DNA from: a virus
Lineage: Duplodnaviria; Heunggongvirae; Uroviricota; Caudoviricetes
DNA: 36,263 nucleotides
Virus record (IMG/VR): IMGVR_UViG_3300021256_000075
Coordinates: 64,001-100,263 of that record
Strand: one strand, 5' to 3'
A program made the position numbers and the translations under genes. Of this stretch, positions 16,298-24,891 are shown piece by piece; within the stretch, counting starts at the first letter, position 1; every line of letters starts with the position of its first letter. The notes under the pieces are model-generated. The model did no database searches. It was not told the origin of the DNA and was given only the letters and a program-made list of their open reading frames with translations.

Positions 16298-16781
16298 GTC
16301 AAAAAAGATACTGGATGTAACTTGTGGGGCCAGAACAATCTGGTTCAACAAAGATCATCCAGCAGCTGTGTTTTGTGATAAACGGAAAGAACAGTACAAG
16401 CACATATGGAAGAATTCGTTGAACTGCAAGCTTGATATAAATCCGGACGTGCTGTGCGATTTTACAGATCTTCCATTTCCTGATGAAAGTTTTCCACTTG
16501 TGGTATTTGATCCGCCACATTTGACAGGAGCTAAGGAAACATCCTGGCTTGTGAAGAAATACGGCAAACTGGATGAGACCTGGCCGGTAATGCTGCATGA
16601 CGGCTTTACTGAATGTATGAGAGTACTTAAACCAGATGGTGTGCTGATATTCAAATGGTCCGAATATGACATTCCTGCCGAAAAGGTATGGAAGGCCATC
16701 GGACAAAAGCCGCTATTCGGTCATCATAGTGGCAAAAAGAGCAATACGTTCTGGGGCTGTTTTATGAAAGGAGTAGTGTGA
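16284..16781 (+). CDS. Orphan SAM-dependent methyltransferase, probably an amino (N4C/N6A) DNA MTase
   Basis: Motif I ILDVTCG, catalytic-type FDPPH, RVLKPDGVLIFKW. Confidence 0.8.
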   Translation: MIADESKKILDVTCGARTIWFNKDHPAAVFCDKRKEQYKHIWKNSLNCKLDINPDVLCDFTDLPFPDESFPLVVFDPPHLTGAKETSWLVKKYGKLDETWPVMLHDGFTECMRVLKPDGVLIFKWSEYDIPAEKVWKAIGQKPLFGHHSGKKSNTFWGCFMKGVV

Positions 16782-16794
16782 AACATGACCGCTG

Positions 16795-16971
16795 ATGAAA
16801 GAATCGAGATTTGTGCAAGTCAGGATCTGGGTTAGTACTGACATTGTCGGAAGTACCATAGAAGATGTAATAGATCTGGATGATAATTTGAATGATGAAG
16901 AAATAGAGAAAGAAGCCTACGATGCTGTCATGGATCATGTTGAATGGGGCTATGAGAGGGTGAAAGAATGA
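16795..16971 (+). CDS. Small acidic phage protein (not in ORF track)
   Basis: 58-aa ORF MKESRFVQVRIWVSTDIVGST...EWGYERVKE overlapping the next start. Confidence 0.6.
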   Translation: MKESRFVQVRIWVSTDIVGSTIEDVIDLDDNLNDEEIEKEAYDAVMDHVEWGYERVKE

Positions 16972-17264
16972 CATCGACAAAACGAATTGAGGAACTCCTT
17001 GCTTGCTACGGTGAGACGCTCAGTGACCTTCCTAAACCGAAATCTGTTGATAATTACGATGAGAACTATGTAGTCATGGCGTATAAGTCGAGCCACCGTC
17101 ATAACGCGGGAAATATGGCCCTGCAATGGCATGAAATGGAAGCAGCAGATTCAGATATGCAGTCTGAAACGATAGTCCAGATCTGCCTGAAGGATTTTGT
17201 ATGTCACCAGTCGGATGTCATCGAAAAACTGGTGAAAGCGTTGGAGAAGTCGGTGGAGAAATGA
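16968..17264 (+). CDS. Hypothetical protein
   Basis: 98-aa ORF in the co-oriented array. Confidence 0.6.
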   Translation: MTSTKRIEELLACYGETLSDLPKPKSVDNYDENYVVMAYKSSHRHNAGNMALQWHEMEAADSDMQSETIVQICLKDFVCHQSDVIEKLVKALEKSVEK

Positions 17265-17296
17265 CCGACTGATAATGGGATGGATGTGAAAGAAGC

Positions 17297-17596
17297 ATGA
17301 AAGCCAAAGAGTATTTTGAAAAGTATGGAAGCGACATCATGAATGAGGGATTCAGGGGTGAAGCCTTAGGTGGTGGATTTATGGCCAGGCTCTACATTGA
17401 AATGTTTTATGAATTAAAAGAGATGGTCGATAAACGCCATATACAAAGGGACGACAGTTTTATGGCTCTCGTTGAGGAACAGAATGATAAGTGGAATGCA
17501 ATCGAGCGTTTATTTATCAAGAAATACGGAGTATCGCCGATTGCTCACAACGGATTCATGGCCGGGGTTAAAATTGAGCTGAATGAAAACCGTTAG
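17297..17596 (+). CDS. Hypothetical protein
   Basis: 99-aa ORF in the array. Confidence 0.65.
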   Translation: MKAKEYFEKYGSDIMNEGFRGEALGGGFMARLYIEMFYELKEMVDKRHIQRDDSFMALVEEQNDKWNAIERLFIKKYGVSPIAHNGFMAGVKIELNENR

Positions 17597-17632
17597 TTTG
17601 TGGTTGCGGAGATGAAAGCTAGGTGACAGAAA

Positions 17633-17926
17633 ATGGTAAGAATGAATATTGAGATCCCGAAAACCTGTGACGATTGCCCGTGCTTTAGAGACTCTGGGTT
17701 TTGGGGGACGTTTTGCTGGCGGTCTGGCGTAGTGTATGATATATGGCCTGAAAAAGGGATCCGTAATGATGGCTGTTTGATTTATACAGGTGTCAAACGT
17801 GACTGCCTCTTATGCTCCAATTCGTACTCGTCCGATGACGATAACGGAAGTCAGATATTGGTATGTGGCAAACATGGAGACAGCATTGTTGATCCGGAAT
17901 CTCCAGCCTGTGATGATTTTAATTAA
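17633..17926 (+). CDS. Cys-rich protein (PxxCxxCP family N-terminus fused to a second Cys module)
   Basis: IPKTCDDCPCF...FC and CLLC...LVC...ACDDF. Confidence 0.65.
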   Translation: MVRMNIEIPKTCDDCPCFRDSGFWGTFCWRSGVVYDIWPEKGIRNDGCLIYTGVKRDCLLCSNSYSSDDDNGSQILVCGKHGDSIVDPESPACDDFN

Positions 17927-17934
17927 AAGGCGAC

Positions 17935-18279
17935 ATGACAGAAAGAAAAACACCGTATAAAAAGGGGGAAATAAGATTGCGTCCTGTCAGAATGAGCAAA
18001 GATTTATTGATGAGTATACATCATTGGCTGAAAGAAAATAGGATAGACGAAATTTGGTTCGAAACCGTTGGCGACAATCATCTTAATGTGAGCTTGATTA
18101 AGAAGTTCGATGGGGAATTACCACTTGATAAGTCTGTATTAATTGACGTCATGAATTTTCCGGATTCCACACATCCATATTTCGAGTATAAGGCTGCAGA
18201 AATGAATCGTGATACAAAAAATACGTGTATGGAAAATGCAGGTTACAAACTGGTTGACCGTAAAATTCATTTATTGTAA
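17935..18279 (+). CDS. Hypothetical protein
   Basis: 114-aa ORF in the array. Confidence 0.6.
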   Translation: MTERKTPYKKGEIRLRPVRMSKDLLMSIHHWLKENRIDEIWFETVGDNHLNVSLIKKFDGELPLDKSVLIDVMNFPDSTHPYFEYKAAEMNRDTKNTCMENAGYKLVDRKIHLL

Positions 18280-18290
18280 GGAGAAATTGT

Positions 18291-18623
18291 ATGATCAAGG
18301 ATTCCAGGGCGTTTTCAAACGGCACAGAGTATGAGTGGTTTTGCGAACAATTCTGCGACAGGTGCAGACATTATAAGGAAAGAGATGACGGGTTTCCGGC
18401 GTTTGTGGAAGATGGAGGTTGTCCGATCAGAGACAAGGTCGAGTATGCCAGGCTTGGTGAGCCGTTCCCTTCTGAGTGTTTTGCAGATTTGTTTACCCCA
18501 GAAGGAAAGGCTATTGCTTTCAATGTCTGCCGCCATTTCTGGGCAGAGAATGACGATGATCAGTACAAGTATTTTCGGCTTTTCATGGATGCGATCTGCG
18601 GAAAGGGAAAAGACAAAAAATGA
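18291..18623 (+). CDS. Cys-rich hypothetical phage protein
   Basis: FSNGTEYEWFCEQFCDRC...GCPI; AAGGAG RBS. Confidence 0.7.
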   Translation: MIKDSRAFSNGTEYEWFCEQFCDRCRHYKERDDGFPAFVEDGGCPIRDKVEYARLGEPFPSECFADLFTPEGKAIAFNVCRHFWAENDDDQYKYFRLFMDAICGKGKDKK

Positions 18624-18829
18624 TCACCTATAGAGATTTCGTTGTCAGGCTCGAGATTAAAGAAGAAAATGGTCATGAAGATGCAACGATATATTCAGAC
18701 CAAGAGCTGGTACGCTGCCGTGAGTGCAAGTTCCGACATTGTTGCGAAACTGTCGATGGATTTGGAAAATCCGATCAGTGGTATTGTGCGGATGGAGTAA
18801 AGGCAGATCCGGAACAACAGCAGGCATAA
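18620..18829 (+). CDS. Cys-rich small phage protein
   Basis: ELVRCRECK...WYCADG motif. Confidence 0.65.
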   Translation: MITYRDFVVRLEIKEENGHEDATIYSDQELVRCRECKFRHCCETVDGFGKSDQWYCADGVKADPEQQQA

Positions 18830-18856
18830 AACTGCAAGACAGAAAGGAGATATACA

Positions 18857-19027
18857 ATGACGGTAGGAGAACTTATCGAAATTTTAAGAGGTTTGAATAG
18901 CCCTGACAGGCCAATCTACTATATCAATGGTGACGATATCACCGGCGTAAAAATAATAACCAATCTTTTAAAAGACGGGAAGAAGGAAACAGAGCTTTTC
19001 ATCACTGGGATACATTTTGAACTGTAA
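18857..19027 (+). CDS. Hypothetical microprotein (not in ORF track)
   Basis: MTVGELIEIL start after AAAGGAG. Confidence 0.6.
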   Translation: MTVGELIEILRGLNSPDRPIYYINGDDITGVKIITNLLKDGKKETELFITGIHFEL

Positions 19028-19041
19028 AACGAGGGTGAGAC

Positions 19042-19449
19042 ATGGAGATAAAAAGAATCATTGAGCTCCTGAAAATCGAACGGGAGTGCGTAAAGAGGAA
19101 TGCCAAAAAAGAGTGTGACAGGAACTGCGAGAAGTGCGATATCGTGCAGGATGAACGGGATCTGTACCGGATGTATACGGAGACGATCAAATTCATCAAG
19201 GCAAATACACCGCATCTCCTGACGCTCGAAGAGTCGCTTGATGCACCGTATGTATGGATGGAGGCGAATCCGAGCGGGCTGGGTGTCCGGAAGATCCGCA
19301 GATCAGCCGATGATGAATCGATCATCTACATCGAGTCCTTCATGGCGAGACCGTCCATGGCGGATGCGGATATGTTCGGGAAGATGTATCGGTGCTGGTC
19401 CGCAAAGCCGAGTGACGAACAGCGGAAGGAAACCCCGTGGGTTCCGTGA
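19042..19449 (+). CDS. Hypothetical protein with N-terminal Cys module
   Basis: CDRNCEKC; C-terminal YRCWSAKPSDEQRKETPW. Confidence 0.7.
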   Translation: MEIKRIIELLKIERECVKRNAKKECDRNCEKCDIVQDERDLYRMYTETIKFIKANTPHLLTLEESLDAPYVWMEANPSGLGVRKIRRSADDESIIYIESFMARPSMADADMFGKMYRCWSAKPSDEQRKETPWVP

Positions 19450-20135
19450 TGAAAGGTGTAGGTGCGAGGATGGATGAGATAAGACTGATCACGAAGGATA
19501 CGGATCTGTCAGGAGTCAAGCCGTTTGACTGGGATCTGGTCATCGGCGGGAAGCCGTACTACGTGTGCCGGATCGATGGATATTCCCATAGCTATGCGTG
19601 GAATGGCGGAATGGAAACAAAGCAGGATCTATGGTGCTACCCAAGAAACGAGAAGCCTTCCTGTGACAACCTGATCGAGTACAGTCTTAAGTCTCCTGTG
19701 GCGTGGGGGATCGAGTACAGGGAAGAACCGTGCATCGTGTCGAAGTACGGTGAAACGGAGACACGCGAGAATCGGTTTACGGTTATTACAAGAAATGGGG
19801 AGAAATTTTATACCGTTGGCGGTGGAAAAGAATATTCCATCATAAAGGCAATGTATCTCCTGCATGAAATTCAGGATCATCCGCTTGAATTCGATGCCAT
19901 AGACTACGACCTGAAGGCTGTGGGGCGGCGTATCTGGTACAGGGGACAGAAAGCGGTAATCACAAGATTTGTGCATGGACAGTGCTGCATTATGATTGCC
20001 AGGGAAGACGGGCTGCATTTCCAGTGTCCTGAGGAATACAAAAATGAGCCGTGGATTGAGGCTTCATATCGGGATGAGAAGGAACTGAAAATTGACTGCC
20101 TTGTTGCTGGGCATGTCAACTGGTTCAGAGATTAA
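19449..20135 (+). CDS. Hypothetical phage protein
   Basis: About 228-aa ORF, longest in the array, coupled to the upstream stop. Confidence 0.75.
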   Translation: MKGVGARMDEIRLITKDTDLSGVKPFDWDLVIGGKPYYVCRIDGYSHSYAWNGGMETKQDLWCYPRNEKPSCDNLIEYSLKSPVAWGIEYREEPCIVSKYGETETRENRFTVITRNGEKFYTVGGGKEYSIIKAMYLLHEIQDHPLEFDAIDYDLKAVGRRIWYRGQKAVITRFVHGQCCIMIAREDGLHFQCPEEYKNEPWIEASYRDEKELKIDCLVAGHVNWFRD

Positions 20136-20151
20136 GAAAGGGAAAGAAACA

Positions 20152-20283
20152 ATGGATAAAGAGATGCAGGAACTCATTCACCTTCTGCTGCATACGGTGC
20201 CGGATGACAAAACGATGGAGGATGCCATCGAGAAGGTATTCGGGAAGATTGCAAAAGATGAGAAACTCAAAAAAACCGTTTGA
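20152..20283 (+). CDS. Hypothetical microprotein
   Basis: 43-aa ORF after a purine-rich RBS. Confidence 0.45.
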   Translation: MDKEMQELIHLLLHTVPDDKTMEDAIEKVFGKIAKDEKLKKTV

Positions 20284-20307
20284 TAATTATCTTATTTCTG
20301 ATATAAT
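20280..20307 (+). promoter_or_regulatory. sigmaA-type promoter
   Basis: TTGATA, 16-nt spacer, TGaTATAAT (extended -10); GATAATTATC palindrome over the -35. Confidence 0.7.
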
Positions 20308-20326
20308 CGATAAGCGAGGTGATTAA

Positions 20327-20668
20327 ATGCAGAGAGTAATGATTGTTTACCCAAATGGAAAGACTACATACGGGATGTTTGAAGACGATAAGGACAGCCC
20401 GTGCTTCTGGTTTTCCGGTGCCAGGTATGAGATAAAAGATGTTGTGGATACCGGCGTTCAGATCAAAACAAATAATGATGCCCTTTATAACCGTTTCAGT
20501 GAGCTGGGGATTCCGGTGAGCCGAACGGAAAAGCAGCATACCATAACGATCTCCGTGCAGGAGGATACAAAGACCCGTCTTCAGACCGCATCAAAGGCCA
20601 CCGGAAGATCCGTGTCAAACATCCTTGAGGAGCAGGGACGGATCTGGCTGAAAAAGAATGGATACTGA
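20327..20668 (+). CDS. Protein with C-terminal ribbon-helix-helix (CopG/Arc-like) domain
   Basis: HTITISVQEDTKTRLQTASKATGRSVSNILEE strand-helix-helix pattern. Confidence 0.65.
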   Translation: MQRVMIVYPNGKTTYGMFEDDKDSPCFWFSGARYEIKDVVDTGVQIKTNNDALYNRFSELGIPVSRTEKQHTITISVQEDTKTRLQTASKATGRSVSNILEEQGRIWLKKNGY

Positions 20669-20673
20669 AACTG

Positions 20674-20707
20674 GACAGGTCAACAAATGACCTGTCTTCA
20701 TTTTTTT
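20674..20707 (+). terminator. Intrinsic terminator
   Basis: GACAGGTCA-acaaa-TGACCTGTC then TTCATTTTTTT. Confidence 0.75.
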
Positions 20708-20726
20708 GAAGTTCTGAGAGGAGAAG

Positions 20727-21947
20727 GTGAAAATTAAAATGACGGATGAGATTCGAAAAGTGTTCCCGTTTTTTGAACACAACCCGGACGTGACGTACCT
20801 GGATAACTCTGCGACATCCCTGGTGCCTTCCTGCGTGGTTGAACGGATGAATCGTTATGACCTTCTGGAAAAGGCATCTCCCTATCGGGGAATGTATCTG
20901 GGATCCGTTCAGGCAACCGAAGACTATGAGCACGCCAGGGATCTTGTGAGGGAGTACATCCATGCAGCCTCCAGCAGAGAAATCATCTTTACCAGAAACG
21001 CCACGGAGTCGCTCAACCTGGTCGCTTATTCCATCGAACCTATGATTCAGCCGGGAGATGAAATCATTGTCGGGATCGCAGAGCATCACAGCAATATGAT
21101 TCCGTGGCAGCAGCTGGCAAAGCGTACAGGTGCAAAGATCCGGTATGCTCAGATGCACGGCGAAGGTGCGGAGAGACGGTTCTCCCAGATCATCAATATG
21201 CATACGAGGATTGTAGCTCTAACTCACATGTCCAATGTGTATGGACAGCTGGAAGATGTTTCGTCCATTGCAAAGATGGCTCACGAGAGAAAAATATTTG
21301 TAGTTGCGGACGGATGCCAGAGTGTTCCGCATGTTCCAGTGAACGTTCAGGAACTGGGCGTTGACTTTCTGGCATTCTCCGGACATAAGATGCTCTGCCC
21401 GATGGGAATCGGTGTTCTTTACGGAAGGGAAGAACTGCTGCAACAAATGAGACCGTTCCTGTATGGCGGTGAAATGATCGAAAACGTGTCCCTGGATGGA
21501 GCAACCTGGGCACAGCTCCCGCAGAAGTTCGAAGCGGGAACGGTGAATGTAGGTGGTGCCATTGCTCTCGGCAAAGCCATCAAGTTTTATATTCGGAACG
21601 GACGGAATGCCATCATGAAACGTGAGGAGGATCTGACCAAACGGATGATGGACGGGATGCTATCCATGAAGCATGTAAATATCATTGGATCTCAGAAGCC
21701 GGAAGATCATTACGGCATCGTATCCTTCACGGTGGATGATGTCCATCCGCATGATGTTGCTGCGGTTATGTCTGCATCCGGCATCGCCATACGTGCAGGC
21801 CATCACTGTGCAAAGCCGCTGCATGACCACCTTGGAATCACGGCATCCAGCCGTGCCAGCGTGATGTTTTACAATACAGAGGCCGAGATAGACAAGTTTC
21901 TGGACGTGCTGTCCGGAGTACGGGGGGCGATGGGATATGCTGACTAA
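20727..21947 (+). CDS. sufS: SufS-type (group II) cysteine desulfurase
   Basis: YLDNSAT, EIIFTRNATESLN, DGCQ, FSGHKM (PLP lysine), GGEMI, FEAGT, RAGHHCA (catalytic Cys). Confidence 0.95.
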   Translation: MKIKMTDEIRKVFPFFEHNPDVTYLDNSATSLVPSCVVERMNRYDLLEKASPYRGMYLGSVQATEDYEHARDLVREYIHAASSREIIFTRNATESLNLVAYSIEPMIQPGDEIIVGIAEHHSNMIPWQQLAKRTGAKIRYAQMHGEGAERRFSQIINMHTRIVALTHMSNVYGQLEDVSSIAKMAHERKIFVVADGCQSVPHVPVNVQELGVDFLAFSGHKMLCPMGIGVLYGREELLQQMRPFLYGGEMIENVSLDGATWAQLPQKFEAGTVNVGGAIALGKAIKFYIRNGRNAIMKREEDLTKRMMDGMLSMKHVNIIGSQKPEDHYGIVSFTVDDVHPHDVAAVMSASGIAIRAGHHCAKPLHDHLGITASSRASVMFYNTEAEIDKFLDVLSGVRGAMGYAD

Positions 21948-22374
21948 GCCGTTTTACAGCGAGGAGATCATCCGGCACTGGCATAATCCGACCCATAAAA
22001 AAACGCTCCCAGGTGCAAACCTGACGCTGGAATGGGAGAACCCGAACTGCGGTGACAGGATTGTGCTGCATCTTCTGGTAAATGAATCCGGGATTATTGA
22101 GGACGGATCCTTTACGGGGGATGGGTGTGCGGTATCCCAGGCAAGCACAGACATGATGCTGGATCTGATCACAGGGAAAAGCACCGAGGAAGCGCTGCGG
22201 ATCTACGAAGCGTTTGTGCGGATGTGCCGCGGAAACGCAGATGAGACAGATCTGGATCTCCTTGGCGAAGTGGCTTCCATTGAAGCAATCTCCCGGACTC
22301 CTGCCAGGGTGAAATGCGCAGTGCTTGGATGGAGGACGATGAAAGCGTGTCTGGACGAAGAAAGCCGGTGCTGA
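21937..22374 (+). CDS. sufU: SufU sulfur-acceptor/scaffold protein
   Basis: NPNCGD, GDGCAVSQAS, RVKCA; overlaps the sufS stop. Confidence 0.93.
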   Translation: MLTKPFYSEEIIRHWHNPTHKKTLPGANLTLEWENPNCGDRIVLHLLVNESGIIEDGSFTGDGCAVSQASTDMMLDLITGKSTEEALRIYEAFVRMCRGNADETDLDLLGEVASIEAISRTPARVKCAVLGWRTMKACLDEESRC

Positions 22375-22404
22375 CGGTCATCTTAAAATGAAATTGAGAA
22401 AATC

Positions 22405-22454
22405 AAAATTTTTTATAAAAACCTATTTACAATTATCCCATAATGGTATATAAT
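22405..22454 (+). promoter_or_regulatory. sigmaA promoter, twin copy 1
   Basis: AT-rich UP tract, TTTACA-17-TATAAT, ATTAT-N3-ATAAT palindrome in the spacer; near-identical to 33566-33616. Confidence 0.8.
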
Positions 22455-22523
22455 CTAATCACGGTTTGAAAAGAAACCAACCACACAAAAAATTCTCGTA
22501 GATGCGAGAAACGGAGGTACAAA

Positions 22524-22823
22524 ATGACGATAAAGACATCCTATATCTGCGATAAATGCGGCAAAGTGTACGATAACTATGATGATGTGTATGCGTGCGA
22601 AAATTCTCATTTTGAGCCAGAGGGATATAATGAGGTGACGTGGAAGTCCCTCAGATACGAGAAGGGAGAGAAATTCCCGGCCTCCCTGATTATACGACTG
22701 GAAAAATCCGATGATTACGGCCATAAGGCATATGCCTTGTACAGACTTGTTAAGGGCTTTACAGACGATGAGGCCAAAGATCTTGAAGAAAAAGCAAAAG
22801 CCAAAGAGGGGGAAGACGAATGA
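22524..22823 (+). CDS. Hypothetical phage protein with CxxC...CxxxH motif
   Basis: YICDKCGKVY...ACENSH; GGAGG RBS. Confidence 0.75.
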   Translation: MTIKTSYICDKCGKVYDNYDDVYACENSHFEPEGYNEVTWKSLRYEKGEKFPASLIIRLEKSDDYGHKAYALYRLVKGFTDDEAKDLEEKAKAKEGEDE

Positions 22824-23197
22824 AAGATGTTGTTCTCCGGCACCGGTGCGCCACATGCCGGAGAACTTTCTTTACAGGAGTGTCGGCAGAGGTGTGGGGG
22901 TGGGCGATGCAGGACAGCCCGACCTCCCACCGAAAGCTCTTTTGCAGTTACAGTTGCATGAGGGCGTACGAAAAGCCACGGCTGGAAAAGGAACAGCGGA
23001 AGATGCAAAAGGAAATTATAAAGGCAATAGAGGAGGAAAACGATGGGGAGAGCGGACCGCAGGAGACTGATGCGGGAGCAGCTGAAAAAAAGCCGGGATC
23101 TCAAAGAAAAGTACGATCAGAACACACTGATGGAGAGGCTCACACAAAATGGGATCTCTCCCAGCGATCTGAAAACATCGTACAAAGAGGGGTTTGA
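22820..23197 (+). CDS. Zinc-finger (TRASH/MYM-like) protein
   Basis: CATC...FCSYSC; the C-terminal part overlaps the next gene. Confidence 0.6.
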   Translation: MKDVVLRHRCATCRRTFFTGVSAEVWGWAMQDSPTSHRKLFCSYSCMRAYEKPRLEKEQRKMQKEIIKAIEEENDGESGPQETDAGAAEKKPGSQRKVRSEHTDGEAHTKWDLSQRSENIVQRGV

Positions 23198-23456
23198 TGA
23201 GGGCCTGAAGGTGGCGGCGCGGCCGATCCTGAAGACAACGTACGGAGCCCTGTGCATCCTTCTGAACGAGAAGTACGGGTTCCCGCCGGAGAAGTGCCTG
23301 GAAGCCCTGGTTGCGTTCGACCAGAAGGTGACGTACGCAATCAATGAGGATGAGTATGTCGGGGAGACGTTTGATAAGCTGGGACTGGAGATAGATTTCA
23401 GCGGTGCTACTGACAGAGTAATCGCACCGGACAGCTTTGGTGTCCAGCTGGATTAA
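23043..23456 (+). CDS. Hypothetical phage protein
   Basis: MGRADRRR start after GGAGG; 137 aa. Confidence 0.7.
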   Translation: MGRADRRRLMREQLKKSRDLKEKYDQNTLMERLTQNGISPSDLKTSYKEGFDEGLKVAARPILKTTYGALCILLNEKYGFPPEKCLEALVAFDQKVTYAINEDEYVGETFDKLGLEIDFSGATDRVIAPDSFGVQLD

Positions 23457-23505
23457 AAACGACAACTGCCGAGTATTTCTCGGATGTTGGATGAGGAGTG
23501 AAGTT

Positions 23506-23733
23506 ATGGAGATACGTGTAAACCCAAAATGGACGGCGATCAAGCTGGAGAATGAGCGGGTTGCCCGCAAACTAACACAGCAGGATGTAGCTAATGCGAT
23601 TGGCGTGTCGATGCAGTCGGTCAGCAACTGGGAAAATGGGAAGATGCCGTCCGTATGGAATCTGATGGCCCTGTCGGTGCTGTATGACACACCGATAAAC
23701 GAGTTTCTTATGTATAGAGGTGTTGCGGGATGA
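23506..23733 (+). CDS. XRE HTH regulator
   Basis: LTQQDVANAIGVSMQSVSNWENGKMP. Confidence 0.85.
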   Translation: MEIRVNPKWTAIKLENERVARKLTQQDVANAIGVSMQSVSNWENGKMPSVWNLMALSVLYDTPINEFLMYRGVAG

Positions 23734-23951
23734 CTTTAGTGAACAGGCTGAAGGATCTCCGCATGAGAATCGTGAGGGAAGATCCGTTTTCCTGTGATGA
23801 GGAACGTGCCGCAGCCGCAGAGACACTTGAAAAAGCGGAGCAGCTGATACGGATGCAGAAGATTACAATCAACAAGCTGTCAAAGACTCTGAGGGAGGCA
23901 GCAGTTCTGAGCGAAATGCAGAGGAATGGTATGAAATGGTTTACAGAATAG
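23730..23951 (+). CDS. Hypothetical protein
   Basis: LVNRL..LR...AAETLE...coiled coil; overlapping start. Confidence 0.6.
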   Translation: MTLVNRLKDLRMRIVREDPFSCDEERAAAAETLEKAEQLIRMQKITINKLSKTLREAAVLSEMQRNGMKWFTE

Positions 23952-24100
23952 CAATGTATCTGGATAACCGCCATGTTTATGGTGAGACGATGCGACATTT
24001 GCTTCCGGCGCTCTTCAAGGCACTGCACCTGATGCTGAAGTACCACAGGAGAAAGGCAATCATAAGCTTCGCTACGATTAATACAAAAGCGCTGGGATGA
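23936..24100 (+). CDS. Hypothetical microprotein (not in ORF track)
   Basis: 54-aa ORF MVYRIAMYLDNRHVYG... filling the gap. Confidence 0.45.
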   Translation: MVYRIAMYLDNRHVYGETMRHLLPALFKALHLMLKYHRRKAIISFATINTKALG

Positions 24101-24143
24101 TAGATAAAAAACGACCGTACCGAAACAAGAAGGAGAAAAAAGA

Positions 24144-24587
24144 ATGGATAATTCAACGATTGAGACTGTATTGAGGGGTTTGCTGAAGGAGCTGATCGAC
24201 GAAGAGAAGATCACAATGATTATTGAGAGAGAAGTTGGTGAACGATTTGAATATCATTTTGAGCGGGCACTTGAAAGCAAGGCAGCAGAGATGGTTGAAA
24301 AGTTCAGCGCCGATGTGATTGCTGACAAACTGGATGAAGTCCTCGGAAAAAGAGTCCTGGTGAATGACGGATTTGGCTCTCGAAAAGAGTATGCTGATTT
24401 CAACACGTTTGTGACCGATTACATTGGTCGCCAGGTGAAAAGCTCCTATGATCTGGAACGCAAGGTTGCCGATATTGTAAGAAAGCGGCTCGATCAGTAC
24501 TGCAAAGAAGTGGTTGCTGAGTCAAACAGCGAGTTGGCGAATAAGGTCATTGAAAAGATCGCTGCCGACAAAGGCAAACACTTTTAA
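24144..24587 (+). CDS. Hypothetical helical protein
   Basis: 147-aa ORF with AAGGAG RBS. Confidence 0.7.
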   Translation: MDNSTIETVLRGLLKELIDEEKITMIIEREVGERFEYHFERALESKAAEMVEKFSADVIADKLDEVLGKRVLVNDGFGSRKEYADFNTFVTDYIGRQVKSSYDLERKVADIVRKRLDQYCKEVVAESNSELANKVIEKIAADKGKHF

Positions 24588-24645
24588 TAATCAAATAAGG
24601 AGGGCAGGATCGTTCCTGCTCTCCGATTGAAGGGGGAAAGAAAAC

Positions 24646-24873
24646 ATGTTGAGCTATCATTCGATGGCAATTACAAACCAGGGAACACAGCTTGCATATC
24701 ATGGATTTGATTCTGCTGAAGAAGCCTTGCATCAGTTTGAAGTCTGGAATAATGAGTTCGGAATCATTTTTCGAAGCACATGGATTGATGTTTATGATGA
24801 ATCTGGGAAGAAAGTAAAAAGGTTGTCCGTTGCCCAAAAGTGGGTACTGGAATCTGAAGATGACATAACCTGA
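24646..24873 (+). CDS. Hypothetical protein
   Basis: 75-aa ORF with RBS. Confidence 0.6.
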   Translation: MLSYHSMAITNQGTQLAYHGFDSAEEALHQFEVWNNEFGIIFRSTWIDVYDESGKKVKRLSVAQKWVLESEDDIT

Positions 24874-24891
24874 TGGGAGGAAGAGAACCGG

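Noticed and set aside
20496-21513. Minus-strand ORFs of 235 and 106 aa over sufS
   Set aside because: Antisense to a clearly conserved gene; expected in GC-richer DNA
23016-24214. Minus-strand ORFs of 224 and 168 aa
   Set aside because: Antisense to the HTH and neighbouring plus-strand genes; no independent evidence
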